A DNA stretch of 64,000 bases from Octopus vulgaris (Eukaryota). The notes under the pieces are model-generated. The model searched no databases, was not told where the DNA came from, and saw nothing but the letters and a program-made list of their open reading frames with translations. This document shows positions 28,160 through 39,120 of this stretch, one piece after another. A program made the position numbers and the translations under genes. The stretch is taken from NCBI GenBank assembly GCA_951406725.2, contig OX597819.1, forward strand, positions 69,998,001 to 70,062,000, given 5' to 3'. Every line of letters begins with the position of its first letter. Within the stretch, counting starts at the first letter, position 1.

Positions 28160-28285
28160 GAGCTTCCTTCAGTTTCCGTCCACTAAATCCACTCACAAAG
28201 CTTTGGTCAGCCGTGTAAGTGGATTCAGCAGAAGATACAAGCCCAAGGTGTTGCAGTGGCACTGAACCGAGATCCATGCGCCTAA
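28160..28285 (-). mobile_element. SINE family A 5' fragment
   Basis: cttccttcagtttccgtc..aaatccactcacaaagctttggtc..actgaacc. Confidence 0.75.
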
Positions 28286-28426
28286 ATATGTATATTTAAA
28301 TATTTATGAGCCTATGTATATACGCGTTGTGCATATGTAATTTACATATATTAGTGTGCGCGAGAGTTTTGCGTATTCGCCTGTATATCTGCGTGCCTTT
28401 ATATATATAAATGTGTGTCTGTGTAA

Positions 28427-28468
<42 letters not shown>

Positions 28469-28478
28469 ATACATATAG

Positions 28479-28511
<33 letters not shown>

Positions 28512-29504
28512 GATCTTCTGTGTATGTTTATTTTCAATAAAATTCTGCATAAAGCCACCCATCCCCACGCCCTACTACAGAAGTGTCGATCTTTCAACCC
28601 CTCGCTATCTCCCCCATCCATCTCCCCAGTACTAAAAATCACTGGAGTCACTGTGCAATGACCCCATTGAACTGCAAATGAAAAATAATTTGGCTAAAAT
28701 TTTAATTTATCTCCAATAATTTTATTTCTCATACGCCATTAATGGCTAAATTACCATTTCATTCTTGGATACAAACAACATTTATTTTTGACTGAAAAAA
28801 CATTCTCTGTTGTCCAAACAAATACATATCGGCACAAACACACACACACACATACACACACCCATACACATATACACACATACGTACATACCATACGCAT
28901 ATATACACACACATGCACTCAGGCACACATGCACAGTTATCACATGCGCATACATATACACACAAACATACATTAACACACACGCACACACAAATACGTA
29001 ATCACAAACTCACCCTAACAAAATTGCAGAAATACAAACATACATACTCAAACATATACACACATTCACACATAGAAGTATATATACATATACACATATA
29101 CGCATATATACACACACACACTCATGCACATATACACACATGAACAACTCTCACGTACACACGCATACACATACAAATGCACACGCGTACATACACATAT
29201 TCATACACAAATGCACACCATATACACACTCATACGCAAAGCTCAAAGATACTCACGCACAGAACGAATGTGCATACATAAACAGCAAATGCATTAACAA
29301 ATGAAGACAAACAAATAAAAACAAGATTCAGGAAACCGAGAAACTCTACAAAGGCCATACTAAACGCAACCGGTAAAACATCTCCAACTAATTAAATCAT
29401 CATTTCCTCTGTTCTTCACAAACCTGCATATTCTCTACCCTGGGACAAAGCGGTTTGTTATCGTGACGTAATTCAGGTCTTCCAGTTTTCACAATTTATC
29501 TTTT

Positions 29505-29730
29505 ATATTTTATTTGTTTCAGTCATTTGACTGCGAGCATACTGGGGCACCGCCTTGAAAAATTTTTAATCTAATGAATCGACGACAGACCTTATTTTTA
29601 AACCTGGTACTTATCGTTCTTTTTACTGATCACCACTAAGTTACGGGGACGAAAACACACCTACACCGGTTGTCAAGCGGTGGTGAGGGACAAGCACATA
29701 CACAAAGATACACACAAACACACACACACG
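29505..29730 (-). mobile_element. SINE family A 3' half
   Basis: gtttcagtcatttgactgcg..ctaagttacggggacg..accggttgtcaagcgg. Confidence 0.8.
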
Positions 29731-29738
29731 CAAATATA

Positions 29739-30610
29739 CAGAGCGTGATAAATAAACTGTCGTCTAAATTACGCAAAAATGAAAATAACACTGACAACTA
29801 ATTTTAACAGATATATTTACCAAAATTATATTTAAATATTTTGAAATATCAAAGAGTAAATTTATTCTATAAAATCGCCATTAGTTTCAATTACGGCCTC
29901 CAGACGACTTCGGAATCCCCAGCAACTCTTCCGGGCGGTCTCCTTCTTTTAGTTGGTGAATGCTGCCATAATTCTTGCTTTCAGTTCATCTTTGGTGTAC
30001 AAAGAGTTTTGTTGGTCCCTTGCTTAACTGAGCCCCACACATAATAATCAAGGGGATTGCAGTCTGAGGAGTTAGGTGGCCCGAAGTTAGGGGTGATTTG
30101 GTCTCAGAAATTGTCTGACAGCCATGACTGGGTTCTCCTGCTTGTGTGGCATGGTGAAGAGTCCTGTTGCCAGATATAGGGTCTTCCAGTAACCACCCTC
30201 TTGACCCAGGGCAGCACTACCTCCTCCAGGCACTTGATGTAGACCTCCATGTTGAGTCTGCGACTGTGTGGGAAGATGAATGGAGGCATAATGTCGCCAT
30301 CACTAGTGATCACTCCATACACCATGATGTTGACTGCATGTTTGATTTTTATCACTCTCGGGTCCTCAGATTGCACTGTCCTCACATTGACACCCTAATA
30401 TTCGTATTGGGGTTTCCGTAGCGAATGCCAAGCAGTACAGCATGTCGTTTCCAAATTTCTAGCAGAGTGAATTGTGTCATGGTGCTGTTTCCCTCACAAA
30501 CAGTTCTCAACTGACCATACTATACTGTGTAATCGACAGAATCAAAAATGAACAATGCGCATGCGTGTAATTAAAATATCAAATGGCGACAATTTACCCA
30601 TTGCACCCTG
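29739..30610 (-). mobile_element. maT/DD37D Tc1-mariner internal-deletion derivative (copy 1)
   Basis: WQQD..PCH..TQSWL..PPNS.DCNPLDY with 37 residues between the second and third D. Imperfect TIRs (cagagcgtgataaataaactgtcg / cgacaatttacccattgcaccctg) flanked by TA. Confidence 0.85.
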
Positions 30611-30664
<54 letters not shown>

Positions 30665-30665
<1 letters not shown>

Positions 30666-30910
30666 TATTCTGATCAATAAGTATCCGGATTGTTACCATA
30701 GTAATGAAGAAAAAGCATGCAGAGTGAAGCTGCTTGGCAAAAATTGACCTTGAACTCTGCTGCGCACACGCACTAAGTTTTAACGTTCTAGCTCTCTCAC
30801 GCTAATCACAACAGTGCTTGGAAGTAACGTGTGTAGCGTGTATTTGTGGCATTGACCATGACAGAGAAAGTTGAGCAGGAAATCTGCATCAAATCATGCC
30901 AAAAGCTCAG
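30665..30910 (+). mobile_element. mariner 5' end fragment (same family as 63394-64000)
   Basis: ctgatcaataagtatccgga..gcactaagttttaacgt..atgacagagaaagttg, shared with 63394 onward; encodes MTEKVEQEICIK. Confidence 0.75.
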
Positions 30911-30924
30911 AGACGTAGAGGCTC

Positions 30925-31093
30925 AAAGCCTGGAAATTTGAGGGAGGGACTAGTCGATTACATTGACCCCAGTGTTTCACTGGTGCTTAATTTATCGAAC
31001 CCGAAAGGATGAAAAGCAAAGTCGGCCTCGGCGGAATTTGAACTCAAAATGTAGCAGCGGGAGAAATACCACTAAGCATTTCGTCCGGCATGC
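30925..31093 (-). mobile_element. SINE family B
   Basis: ccgaaaggatgaaaagcaaagtcggcctcggcggaatttgaactc. Confidence 0.8.
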
Positions 31094-31144
<51 letters not shown>

Positions 31145-31351
31145 GTTTCAAATTTTGCCACAAGAGCAGCCATTTTGGGAGGAGGGGAGACGAAGAAGAA
31201 GAAGAAGAAGAAGAAGAAGAAGAAGAAGAAGAAGAAGAAGAAGAAGAAGAAGAAGAAGAAGAGAGAAGAAGAAGAAGAAAAGAGATGAGAGAAGAAGAAG
31301 AAGAAAAGAGATGAGAGAAGAAGAAGAAAAAGAACAACAACAACAAAAATC

Positions 31352-31681
31352 AATTACCATCATACAAATTGGAATACAGTGTTGTATATCTAGTAAAGGT
31401 GTTTTAACTTTAGTTCCAACCATTTGTTTTTTTTTTTAATAATCATCTTGAAATCATTATATTATAATTTGTGGAGATATCAATTTTAGATTTCAAGTTG
31501 GAGAGAAAAGTTTGACGTGAAAATCTCTCCAACATTTCAGTTTGTTTTTGTTTATTTTGCTTCCTTAGCGTCTTCGTTAATTTCGTTTCGTCTTGATTTT
31601 TTTTTTTTTTTGATTTCTACATCTGTCCTTCAACGGAAACATCATCAGGTCGGATAATATGAAGTGCCAATGTCGGTAACT
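31352..31681 (+). repeat. Inverted duplication, arm 1 (partner 35993-36314)
   Basis: Block 31430-31542 is identical to the reverse complement of 36124-36236, and block 31618-31681 matches at 63/64 to that of 35993-36056. Confidence 0.92.
31649..31675 (+). other. Candidate 27-nt symmetric microexon (phase 2: SDNMKCQC)
   Basis: T-rich tract ..catcatcAG|GTCGGATAATATGAAGTGCCAATGTCG|GTaact. Only one frame is open. No transcript evidence. Confidence 0.3.
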
Positions 31682-31715
31682 GTGACACTTCACCTCCATC
31701 CCCTTTCTCTACTCC

Positions 31716-31887
<172 letters not shown>

Positions 31888-32013
31888 ATGCGTGTGTGTG
31901 AGTGAATGTGTAGATATGTGTATATAAATGAATGTGTGTGTTTTAGTGAGCACATAGGGGATATAAACAGACAGATAAAGATATAAATATATGTAGATAT
32001 TCATGCGCATATA

Positions 32014-32593
32014 TCTATATATATAAAAGTGAGAATGTGTGTCTGTCTGTCTGTCTGTCTGTGTGAATCCCTAAAACTTGAGAACTACACAACCAATTTC
32101 ATTCAAATTTTACACATGCCTTACTTTGGGTCCATGTAGTGTCATGGGCATAAATTTGTTTTAACTTCTTGCCTAGGGCGAACCCCACAGCAATATTGTA
32201 TCTTCTCCTCTATTTCAGTATTACGTGTCAAAAGTGAAACAAAAACATTTCTCTATTGTAATGTCAAATGCTTTCACTTTAATAGTGAAACTATTATATA
32301 AGTGGCATGAACTGAAAGTGAACATCCCTCTTATATGTATGTAATATAATTTTTTCTGAAACTTCATACTTTTCAATATGCTACACCACTGGTTTTAAAT
32401 TGATATTATTCAAATTAATATTTAATTTTTCACCCTTATTATATTAAATTTAAATTTACATGTATTTACATGTAATTTACATGTAATTGTAAGCATTTAT
32501 GTATTAGCCTTTTGGGTATTTTACTGGCAGTGTATTGGATAAATGATATCCCATAGTGGGTTACAATCATAACCCCTATCTCACTTTATGCTA
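32014..32593 (+). mobile_element. Non-autonomous Helitron-like element
   Basis: A|TCTATATATATAAAA start, (GTCT)n, then caaccaatttcattcaaatttt; same 5' architecture as 50131-51290. The 3' boundary is uncertain. Confidence 0.65.
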
Positions 32594-32759
32594 TATATAT
32601 ATATATATATAGCACAAAGTGAGATAGGGGTTATGATTGTAATATATATCTAGCACAAAGTGAGATAGGGGTTATGATTGTAACCCACTATGGGATATCA
32701 TTTATCCAATATACTGCCAGTAAAATACCCAAAAGGCTAATACATAAATGCTTACAATT
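32485..32759. repeat. 109-bp-arm fold-back palindrome
   Basis: 32485-32593 versus 32651-32759 with 2 mismatches. The spacer holds (TA)n and an extra 33-bp partial arm copy (32610-32642). Confidence 0.92.
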
Positions 32760-33009
32760 GCAATGTAATTAGTTCATTTATTGTATTATATGGGCGAAGG
32801 TAAAATGTTTTACCTCAAATTCATAATACAAAATATGAAAATGGAGTAATAGATTCCTTTCAATCATCAACTTCCAGATAATACCAATTCATATAATTTA
32901 TTAACTAATTAATTGACTAGGAACATCCAAATCCAACAGATTAAGACAGAATAAAACAATATACATCAATAAGTAAGATAATACCATAAAAATAATACAT
33001 ATAAAATGG

Positions 33010-33101
33010 ATCTTACATCTGTTTCAGCCTGTAGATAAGGGTATCTCATTATGCTCATATTAGTCAGATGTATTGAGGTAATATGCAGTTAGAAATGAGT
33101 T

Positions 33102-33150
<49 letters not shown>

Positions 33151-33168
33151 CAAGGCCTCGTCAGAGAT
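33010..33168 (-). ncRNA. Type-I hammerhead ribozyme motif with 122-nt loop II containing (TA)n
   Basis: ATCT-CTGACGA-GGCCT..[122 nt]..AGGCT-GAAAC-AGAT-GTA-AGAT: canonical core, and all three stems pair. Confidence 0.68.
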
Positions 33169-33329
33169 TATAAAGTACAATTATGAAGATATAAAATGAA
33201 GATATAAAATGCAAATATAAATATTAAACATTAAACAAAGTACACATATATAAGAATATATACAACTTGTCCGAGAGAGAACGTTTCCGATTACTTTTGG
33301 GTACCCCTCGTATGCGCAGAAATGAAATT

Positions 33330-33555
33330 GCCAAAATAATCCTTTCTACTAAAGGCACAAGGCCTGAAATTTGGCGGGTGGGGCCTATTCGATTACATCG
33401 ACCCCAGTGTTTTACTGGTACTTAAGTTATCGACCCCAAAAGGATGAAAGGCAAAATTGACCTCGGCGGCATTCGAACTCAGAACATAAAAACGGATGAA
33501 ATGCCGCTAAGCATTTTACCCGGCGAACTAACAGTTCCGCCACCTCACCGCCTTA
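33330..33555 (-). mobile_element. SINE family B, full length
   Basis: Reverse complement of ggcggtgaggtggcggaactgttag..gagttcgaatgcc..tttgcctttcatcc. Confidence 0.85.
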
Positions 33556-33770
33556 ATAATAAGGACAATGATACATATTACGCTAATGTCGGGTAACATT
33601 GCATGGGTGGATAAATATTCTTTATCTGTGGATTAACAAGGCTACCAGAAGTTTCATGTAGGGAGGAATCTCTCAATAATAATAAAGCCTGCTACATGGG
33701 AACGTTGGTTCTCGTCACCCTCATGGATAAGAATATTCGAAACTACATATATGAAAATACACGAAGCTGT

Positions 33771-33809
<39 letters not shown>

Positions 33810-34105
33810 AGGACTCGTGGTTTAGTGGTTAGAGAGGCACTTATGACCTAGCGATCGTGATTTCAATTCCTAGACTGGGCGGTGCGTTGTGTTCTTGGGC
33901 AAAACATTTCATCTCACGTTGCTTTGCGATCACTTCGACAACTGACACGTGGTACACTGTGCACCTGTTCGGCTAACGTCGATTTTAGAGAGAGTGAGCT
34001 AATGTGCGGCCTCAATATTTGTTCGCTATAAACGAATCATTTGTGCAGGTCGTTCGGCAAAAAGCTGAACGCTCATACGCCGTCTCCGACAGGAGAGTTC
34101 ATCAT
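33810..34105 (+). mobile_element. SINE family C
   Basis: gtggtttagtggttaga..tttcaattcc..gcgttgtgttcttgggcaaaacatttcatctcacgttgc. Confidence 0.7.
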
Positions 34106-34546
34106 GTGTGTGTGTGTGTGTGTGTGCGTACCGTCTAAGAATCCATAAGTCAGGAAAAATGCATCGACTAATATATTAGTCGAAGTGTACGGAACTATAT
34201 ATCCATAAAGGCCAATCTTACCACTCGCACTAGAGGTTTCAACGGAGTGTTAGATAACAAGCCGATTATGTAACCCTACGCTCTTCAGAGACGGTAGTTG
34301 TGGAATGAAATATTGCGACTGCTCCCTATTGTTGGAGGTGAAGAGACACACCCTGTTTGTGGTTGTTGTGAAAAAAGACGTTGAAAGGAATCGATCACCT
34401 TCTTCTTGTATAGATCTCAATTGATGGAGTTGGGATATTCTTTGTTGAATATCCTGGGTCATATGGTTCCATTGTAACAGAGATATAGCATCCGTGTTGA
34501 GTCTTTGATGACAAAGTATAGCGCACCACCGGGAATTTTATATATA

Positions 34547-34652
34547 CAATAATCCCTCGACTTTCGTGTGTGTTAGTTCCAAACCCCCCCCCCCCCGAGA
34601 TAGGTGAAAACCCGCGAAGTAGAAACAGTACTCTACGGTATATTTATTATTA

Positions 34653-34684
<32 letters not shown>

Positions 34685-35050
34685 TTATAATTTGTATATA
34701 TTTATTTTATTATAAATGCAAAACAGCACTACACACACGCCTCCCGAGTTTCGTTTCCCATACAGTATGTGTGATTCTTTGTTTACTCATCAGCGGCACA
34801 CTACGTATTTTGTTTTAATATATTTTAATTAATGTGTTATACAGTGCAGTACTGTACTTTATCTTTATTTATATATTTATTTTTAGGCGTGAAAATGCTT
34901 GTTTTACCACAAAAATAATAAAAATCTATCAAAATATAAATATTTATCGGCCGCAGAAACCCGCGATATAAATTTACATATATTAGCCAGAAAAATCCGC
35001 GATGTACTGATGGCGCTAAAGGTAAACCGCGATATGGCGAGTGATTTTTG
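34547..35050. mobile_element. Tc1/pogo-type MITE
   Basis: TA|caataatccctcgac ... ggcgagtgatttttg|TA imperfect TIRs with internal aaccgcga subrepeats. Confidence 0.6.
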
Positions 35051-35789
35051 TACATATAAAACTTCCACTACAGTTGTTTCAAGCTGAAGAATTTTTTCGA
35101 AGTAACTAAATTGTGGACTTCAAATAAATAGTCCAAAACGTTTATATTTGTTTTCTGTGTCGTGTTCTAACTTCAAAGATGTTTATATCGATTCGAACTC
35201 TTAACAAAAGAGACGCACGCTCAACCGCGCAAATGCACACATTTACGCAGGGGTTAAGCGCTTTGCAGGACTACAAACTTCGCTCTGTTTGTTATAAACT
35301 TGCCATAGCTGTCTACTTTTGGGTTCTTGTAATTCCAAATAGTTATTGTCTTCAAAAGTCTAACATGTGTGTGTTTATGTGTGTGTGTGCACACATAGAG
35401 ACATACATACATGTGCCTGTGTGTATGTATATATATGTGTGTGTGTGTGTGTGGAGGTGTATAGATTTACGTGTATATATATACACATACATACACATAT
35501 ATATATTAAGTGTAAGAAGAAATGGAGCTGAACGAAGATTTAACAAAATTCCTTTATATTATTTTCTACATATGTTTCGAAGGCTGCGAAGTCCCTAATT
35601 CGGATTGAATAAGGAGTCCATTTTGCAGCTTTTAAGATATAAAACTTCAAATTTCCGCACTAAGGCACGGTTTTTATGCCCCATGGTCGCAACTTCAACC
35701 GGGCTTTTTCTGTTGTGATTCTTGCTACCCAGGTATCGGTTATCATTTGAATTATCCGTAATAAGATAATTCATTTATCTACTTCAAAT

Positions 35790-35835
<46 letters not shown>

Positions 35836-35992
35836 GTATCTATCTATCTTTTTTAGGTATCTACTTCTTTATCAATGTCTGTATCTCTGTGTGTGTGGGG
35901 GGGGTGTTCGTATGTGTGGACAGAGAAACAGAAGGAGAGAAAGAGAGAGAGAGAAATAGAAAGAGGGATATTCAGAGAGAAAAAGGAGATGT

Positions 35993-36312
35993 AGTTACCG
36001 ACATTGGCACTTCATATTATCCGACCTGATGATGTTTCCGTTGAAGGACAAATGTAAAAACAAAAAAAATAAACAGAGAAGACGAAAGGAACCATGACAT
36101 TAAAAAAAAAAAGCCAACTTCTTAACTGAAATGTTGGAGAGATTTTCACGTCAAACTTTTCTCTCCAACTTGAAATCTAAAATTGATATCTCCACAAATT
36201 ATAATATAATGATTTCAAGATGATTATTAAAAAAAATGCAAATTGTTGGAACTAGTGTTAAATCACCTTCACTAAACATATAACATTGAATTCCAATTTA
36301 TGTTATGGGAAT

Positions 36313-36314
<2 letters not shown>
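35993..36314 (-). repeat. Inverted duplication, arm 2 (partner 31352-31681)
   Basis: See arm 1. Confidence 0.92.
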
Positions 36315-36409
<95 letters not shown>

Positions 36410-36601
36410 TATTATCATTGTTGTCGTTGTTGTAGTTATTGTTGTTGTGGATAGACGAAGTGACATTTATCAAAAGTATGTATATATACACATATATGTG
36501 CATATACACATACGCGTATAAATGTGCGATGGTGTTGGGTGTGTGTGTCTGTATGTGCGTGTGTTGAATAATTTGATATATATACATACATAGATGCGTA
36601 T

Positions 36602-36641
<40 letters not shown>

Positions 36642-36683
36642 TCATATTTGACAAATATCAGTTTCTTCATCTTCCAATTATGC

Positions 36684-36747
<64 letters not shown>

Positions 36748-36765
36748 TAATAATAATAATAATAA

Positions 36766-37232
36766 TGCTTCCTCATTGATATGACTGTCCCAATCGATAT
36801 AAACGTATCTGTCAAGACCTAACAAAAACTGAGCAAGTGTACAGATCTTCAAATAGAAATCGCCAAAATGTGGAACCTCAAAACTAAAATAATACCTGTT
36901 GTCATAGGTGCCCTACGAATGATAGCAAAAGGGGATGAATCCAACCTAGCTCAGATACCAGGAAACACCAAAATGGCAGAAATTCAAAAGATAGTGCTCA
37001 TGGAAACTGCCCATAACCTACACGAAATACTTTCTATGTAATCTCAAATTTTAAAGTAAACTCATAATTTTCTGATGTTCTCTTAAACATTCTCTAGAAC
37101 AATACTATGTACAAAACCAAATATATGACACCCTAGGCATAACACCAGCATGAACTTCTAACTTGTCACTTGAAGTCTCTGGGTGAGACTTGGAGTCAAC
37201 TTGTACAAATATAAAGCAAAAGTCAAACATAA
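36766..37232 (+). mobile_element. R4/Dong LINE 3' fragment (third subfamily) in (TAA)n
   Basis: FLIDMTVPID.NVS.K..KLSK..DLQIEIAKMWNLKTKIIPVVIGAL..IPG....EIQKIVL..TAH.L..ILSM*, then a UTR ending in (TAA)n. Confidence 0.85.
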
Positions 37233-37263
37233 AATAATAATAATAATAATGATAATAATGATG

Positions 37264-37399
<136 letters not shown>

Positions 37400-37473
37400 T
37401 AATAATAATAATTTTTTTTTTATTGCCCACAAGGGGCTGAACATAGAGGGGATAAACAAGGACAGACAAACAG

Positions 37474-37512
<39 letters not shown>

Positions 37513-37513
37513 T

Positions 37514-37616
37514 GCTTACGGCCATATCACGTTGAAAGCACTGGTTCTCGTCCGATCACCGAAGCCTAGTTAGTACTTAGATGGGTGACCGCTTGAGAAA
37601 CCTAGGTGATGTAAGC
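37514..37616 (+). pseudogene. 5S rRNA-derived sequence with internal deletion
   Basis: gcttacggccatatcacgttgaaagcactggttctcgtccgatcaccgaag[~14-16 nt missing]cctagttagtacttagatgggtgaccgcttgagaaacctaggtgatgtaagc matches the invertebrate 5S pattern. The deletion removes most of box A. Confidence 0.9.
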
Positions 37617-37623
37617 GTCACAC

Positions 37624-38180
37624 AATGCCCTGATGCAGTACCAGGCAGTGGATCTCGTGGCTTCTGATCTTAACTGATTAGAAGTGTTATCATGTACATT
37701 GTTTTGTCTTGGTATAAAAGATGGGCTACAGCAAATATTCTGCTCAATACAACAGATGTGCTTGTCAGTTGTTTGACCATAACCAGTTAAGTATGTCCCT
37801 TAGCGGCTGACGATATGTGCATCTCTGATCACGAGCAGAAGTAGTGGGGGAGCATCATAGCCAAGTGTTGAGTGAGATTCTTTGGGGTTTGAATAATTCA
37901 CCTCTGGAAACATGGGTGTTTCGTTCAACATACTTAAACAACCCTTATTCAGGGACCTTTTGAGCGGGAAGGGTTACTCGACCAGAAGAAAATTCTAACT
38001 GGGCCCCACCTGCAAGGTCATGCGCTGTTTATCTTGATATGAGATCACCATGTCGCGCACATATTGTTGTGATGCATGTGCCTAGTTTACCCTTATCAGA
38101 CGGGTAGTCATGATGGATATAGTGGGCTTCGTATATTTTACCCTAGTATTACTTTGATGGCATGCACTGCTCTCTCATTC
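37624..38180 (+). mobile_element. ~560-bp (TAA)n-embedded element (copy 3, fused to the 5S head)
   Basis: Reverse complement of 3762-4319; ends ctctctcattc-aataat. Confidence 0.9.
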
Positions 38181-38459
38181 AATAATGATAATAATGTTGA
38201 TGAATTGACAGACAGATACATAGATGATTAAGTCGTACTAAGTACGACAAATCTAGTTTCACAAAGCGATTTCTACCTTCTCGAGTTAGTTCTCGTGGTT
38301 TCTAATATCATATGTATATAAATGTGTATGTGTGTGTTTGTGCGTATGAGATGTATGTGAGATGTGTGGTATGTGTGTATGCAAATGAGTATGTACATAT
38401 CGTTTCAAAAGAAAGAATTTATATGTGTGTGTGCGCGCGCGCGTGTGTGTGTGTAAGAG

Positions 38460-38960
38460 TACAAACCCTTGGCATTATTTCTATCAGCTGCCTCTTACTC
38501 CCCCCCCCTGCCCTGTTATTCCACCATTCCTGTTTAATTTTCCTTAGAGCAGTCTGCACTTTCCCTTTCAGCTTTCTGTAAGCTTCGTTTGAGTTGGGGT
38601 TCAAGGACCGAGAAAGAAGTATATTGCCTAAGTTTTGTTTTTTCTGAAAGTAGATCATGTCATTCTGGTGATTTGTCTGAAAAGCATTCAGTGGACTTTC
38701 GCGGTTTAAGTCCTACCGAAGAACTTGTAGCCAGAAATACTTTCGTTTCGAAATCTTGCTATGGACGGTTTGGATCAAGAGTGGAATCTTTGCAAATTGC
38801 TTGGTAATTTGAAATTTGCAATATCTATCCTTTTGGGTCCCTTAGGAGCAGATTGTCCGCATTTGGGCATTATAGTAAAATTTCATTTTTCCATGCACTA
38901 GAGGATGGTCAGAACAGCTCTCTGCTTCTTTCTTGGCCCGAACGCTAGAAACATCAATCA
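38460..38960 (-). pseudogene. RTE-like LINE remnant (EN-RT linker)
   Basis: EAYRKLKGKVQTALRKIKQEWWNNRA..ADRNNAKGLY resembles the RTE LR..K..WW..KA....AD......FY motif. Confidence 0.6.
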
Positions 38961-39120
38961 TATCACGCTTTCTGATCAAAATATAATCTATGAGATGTCA
39001 GTCTTCGGAACTTGGGTGCATCCAGATGGTTTTATATTTATTTTTCTGCTTAAACAGAGTGTTGACAACAACCAGAATATTCTCAGTACAAAACGTCAAT
39101 ACGCATGTATATAAATAATA

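Noticed and set aside
31447-31537. H/ACA snoRNA (two hairpins then ACAttt)
   Set aside because: The hairpins abut with no hinge, so there is no ANANNA H box in this fold.
34225-34295. Hammerhead on the minus strand (CTGAAGA..GAAAC)
   Set aside because: No valid NUH triplet or stem I pairing was found.
36003-36023. miR-96/263-like sequence (TTGGCACT seed)
   Set aside because: Only the seed matches and there is no local pre-miRNA hairpin.
36021-36137. C/D snoRNA (TGATGA..CTGA with CCGAC/GTTGG stem)
   Set aside because: The would-be guide region upstream of the D box is the part that differs between the two arms and is A-rich low complexity.
37514-37616. Functional 5S rRNA gene
   Set aside because: It has an internal deletion over box A, several substitutions, no oligo-T terminator, and is fused to a repeat.
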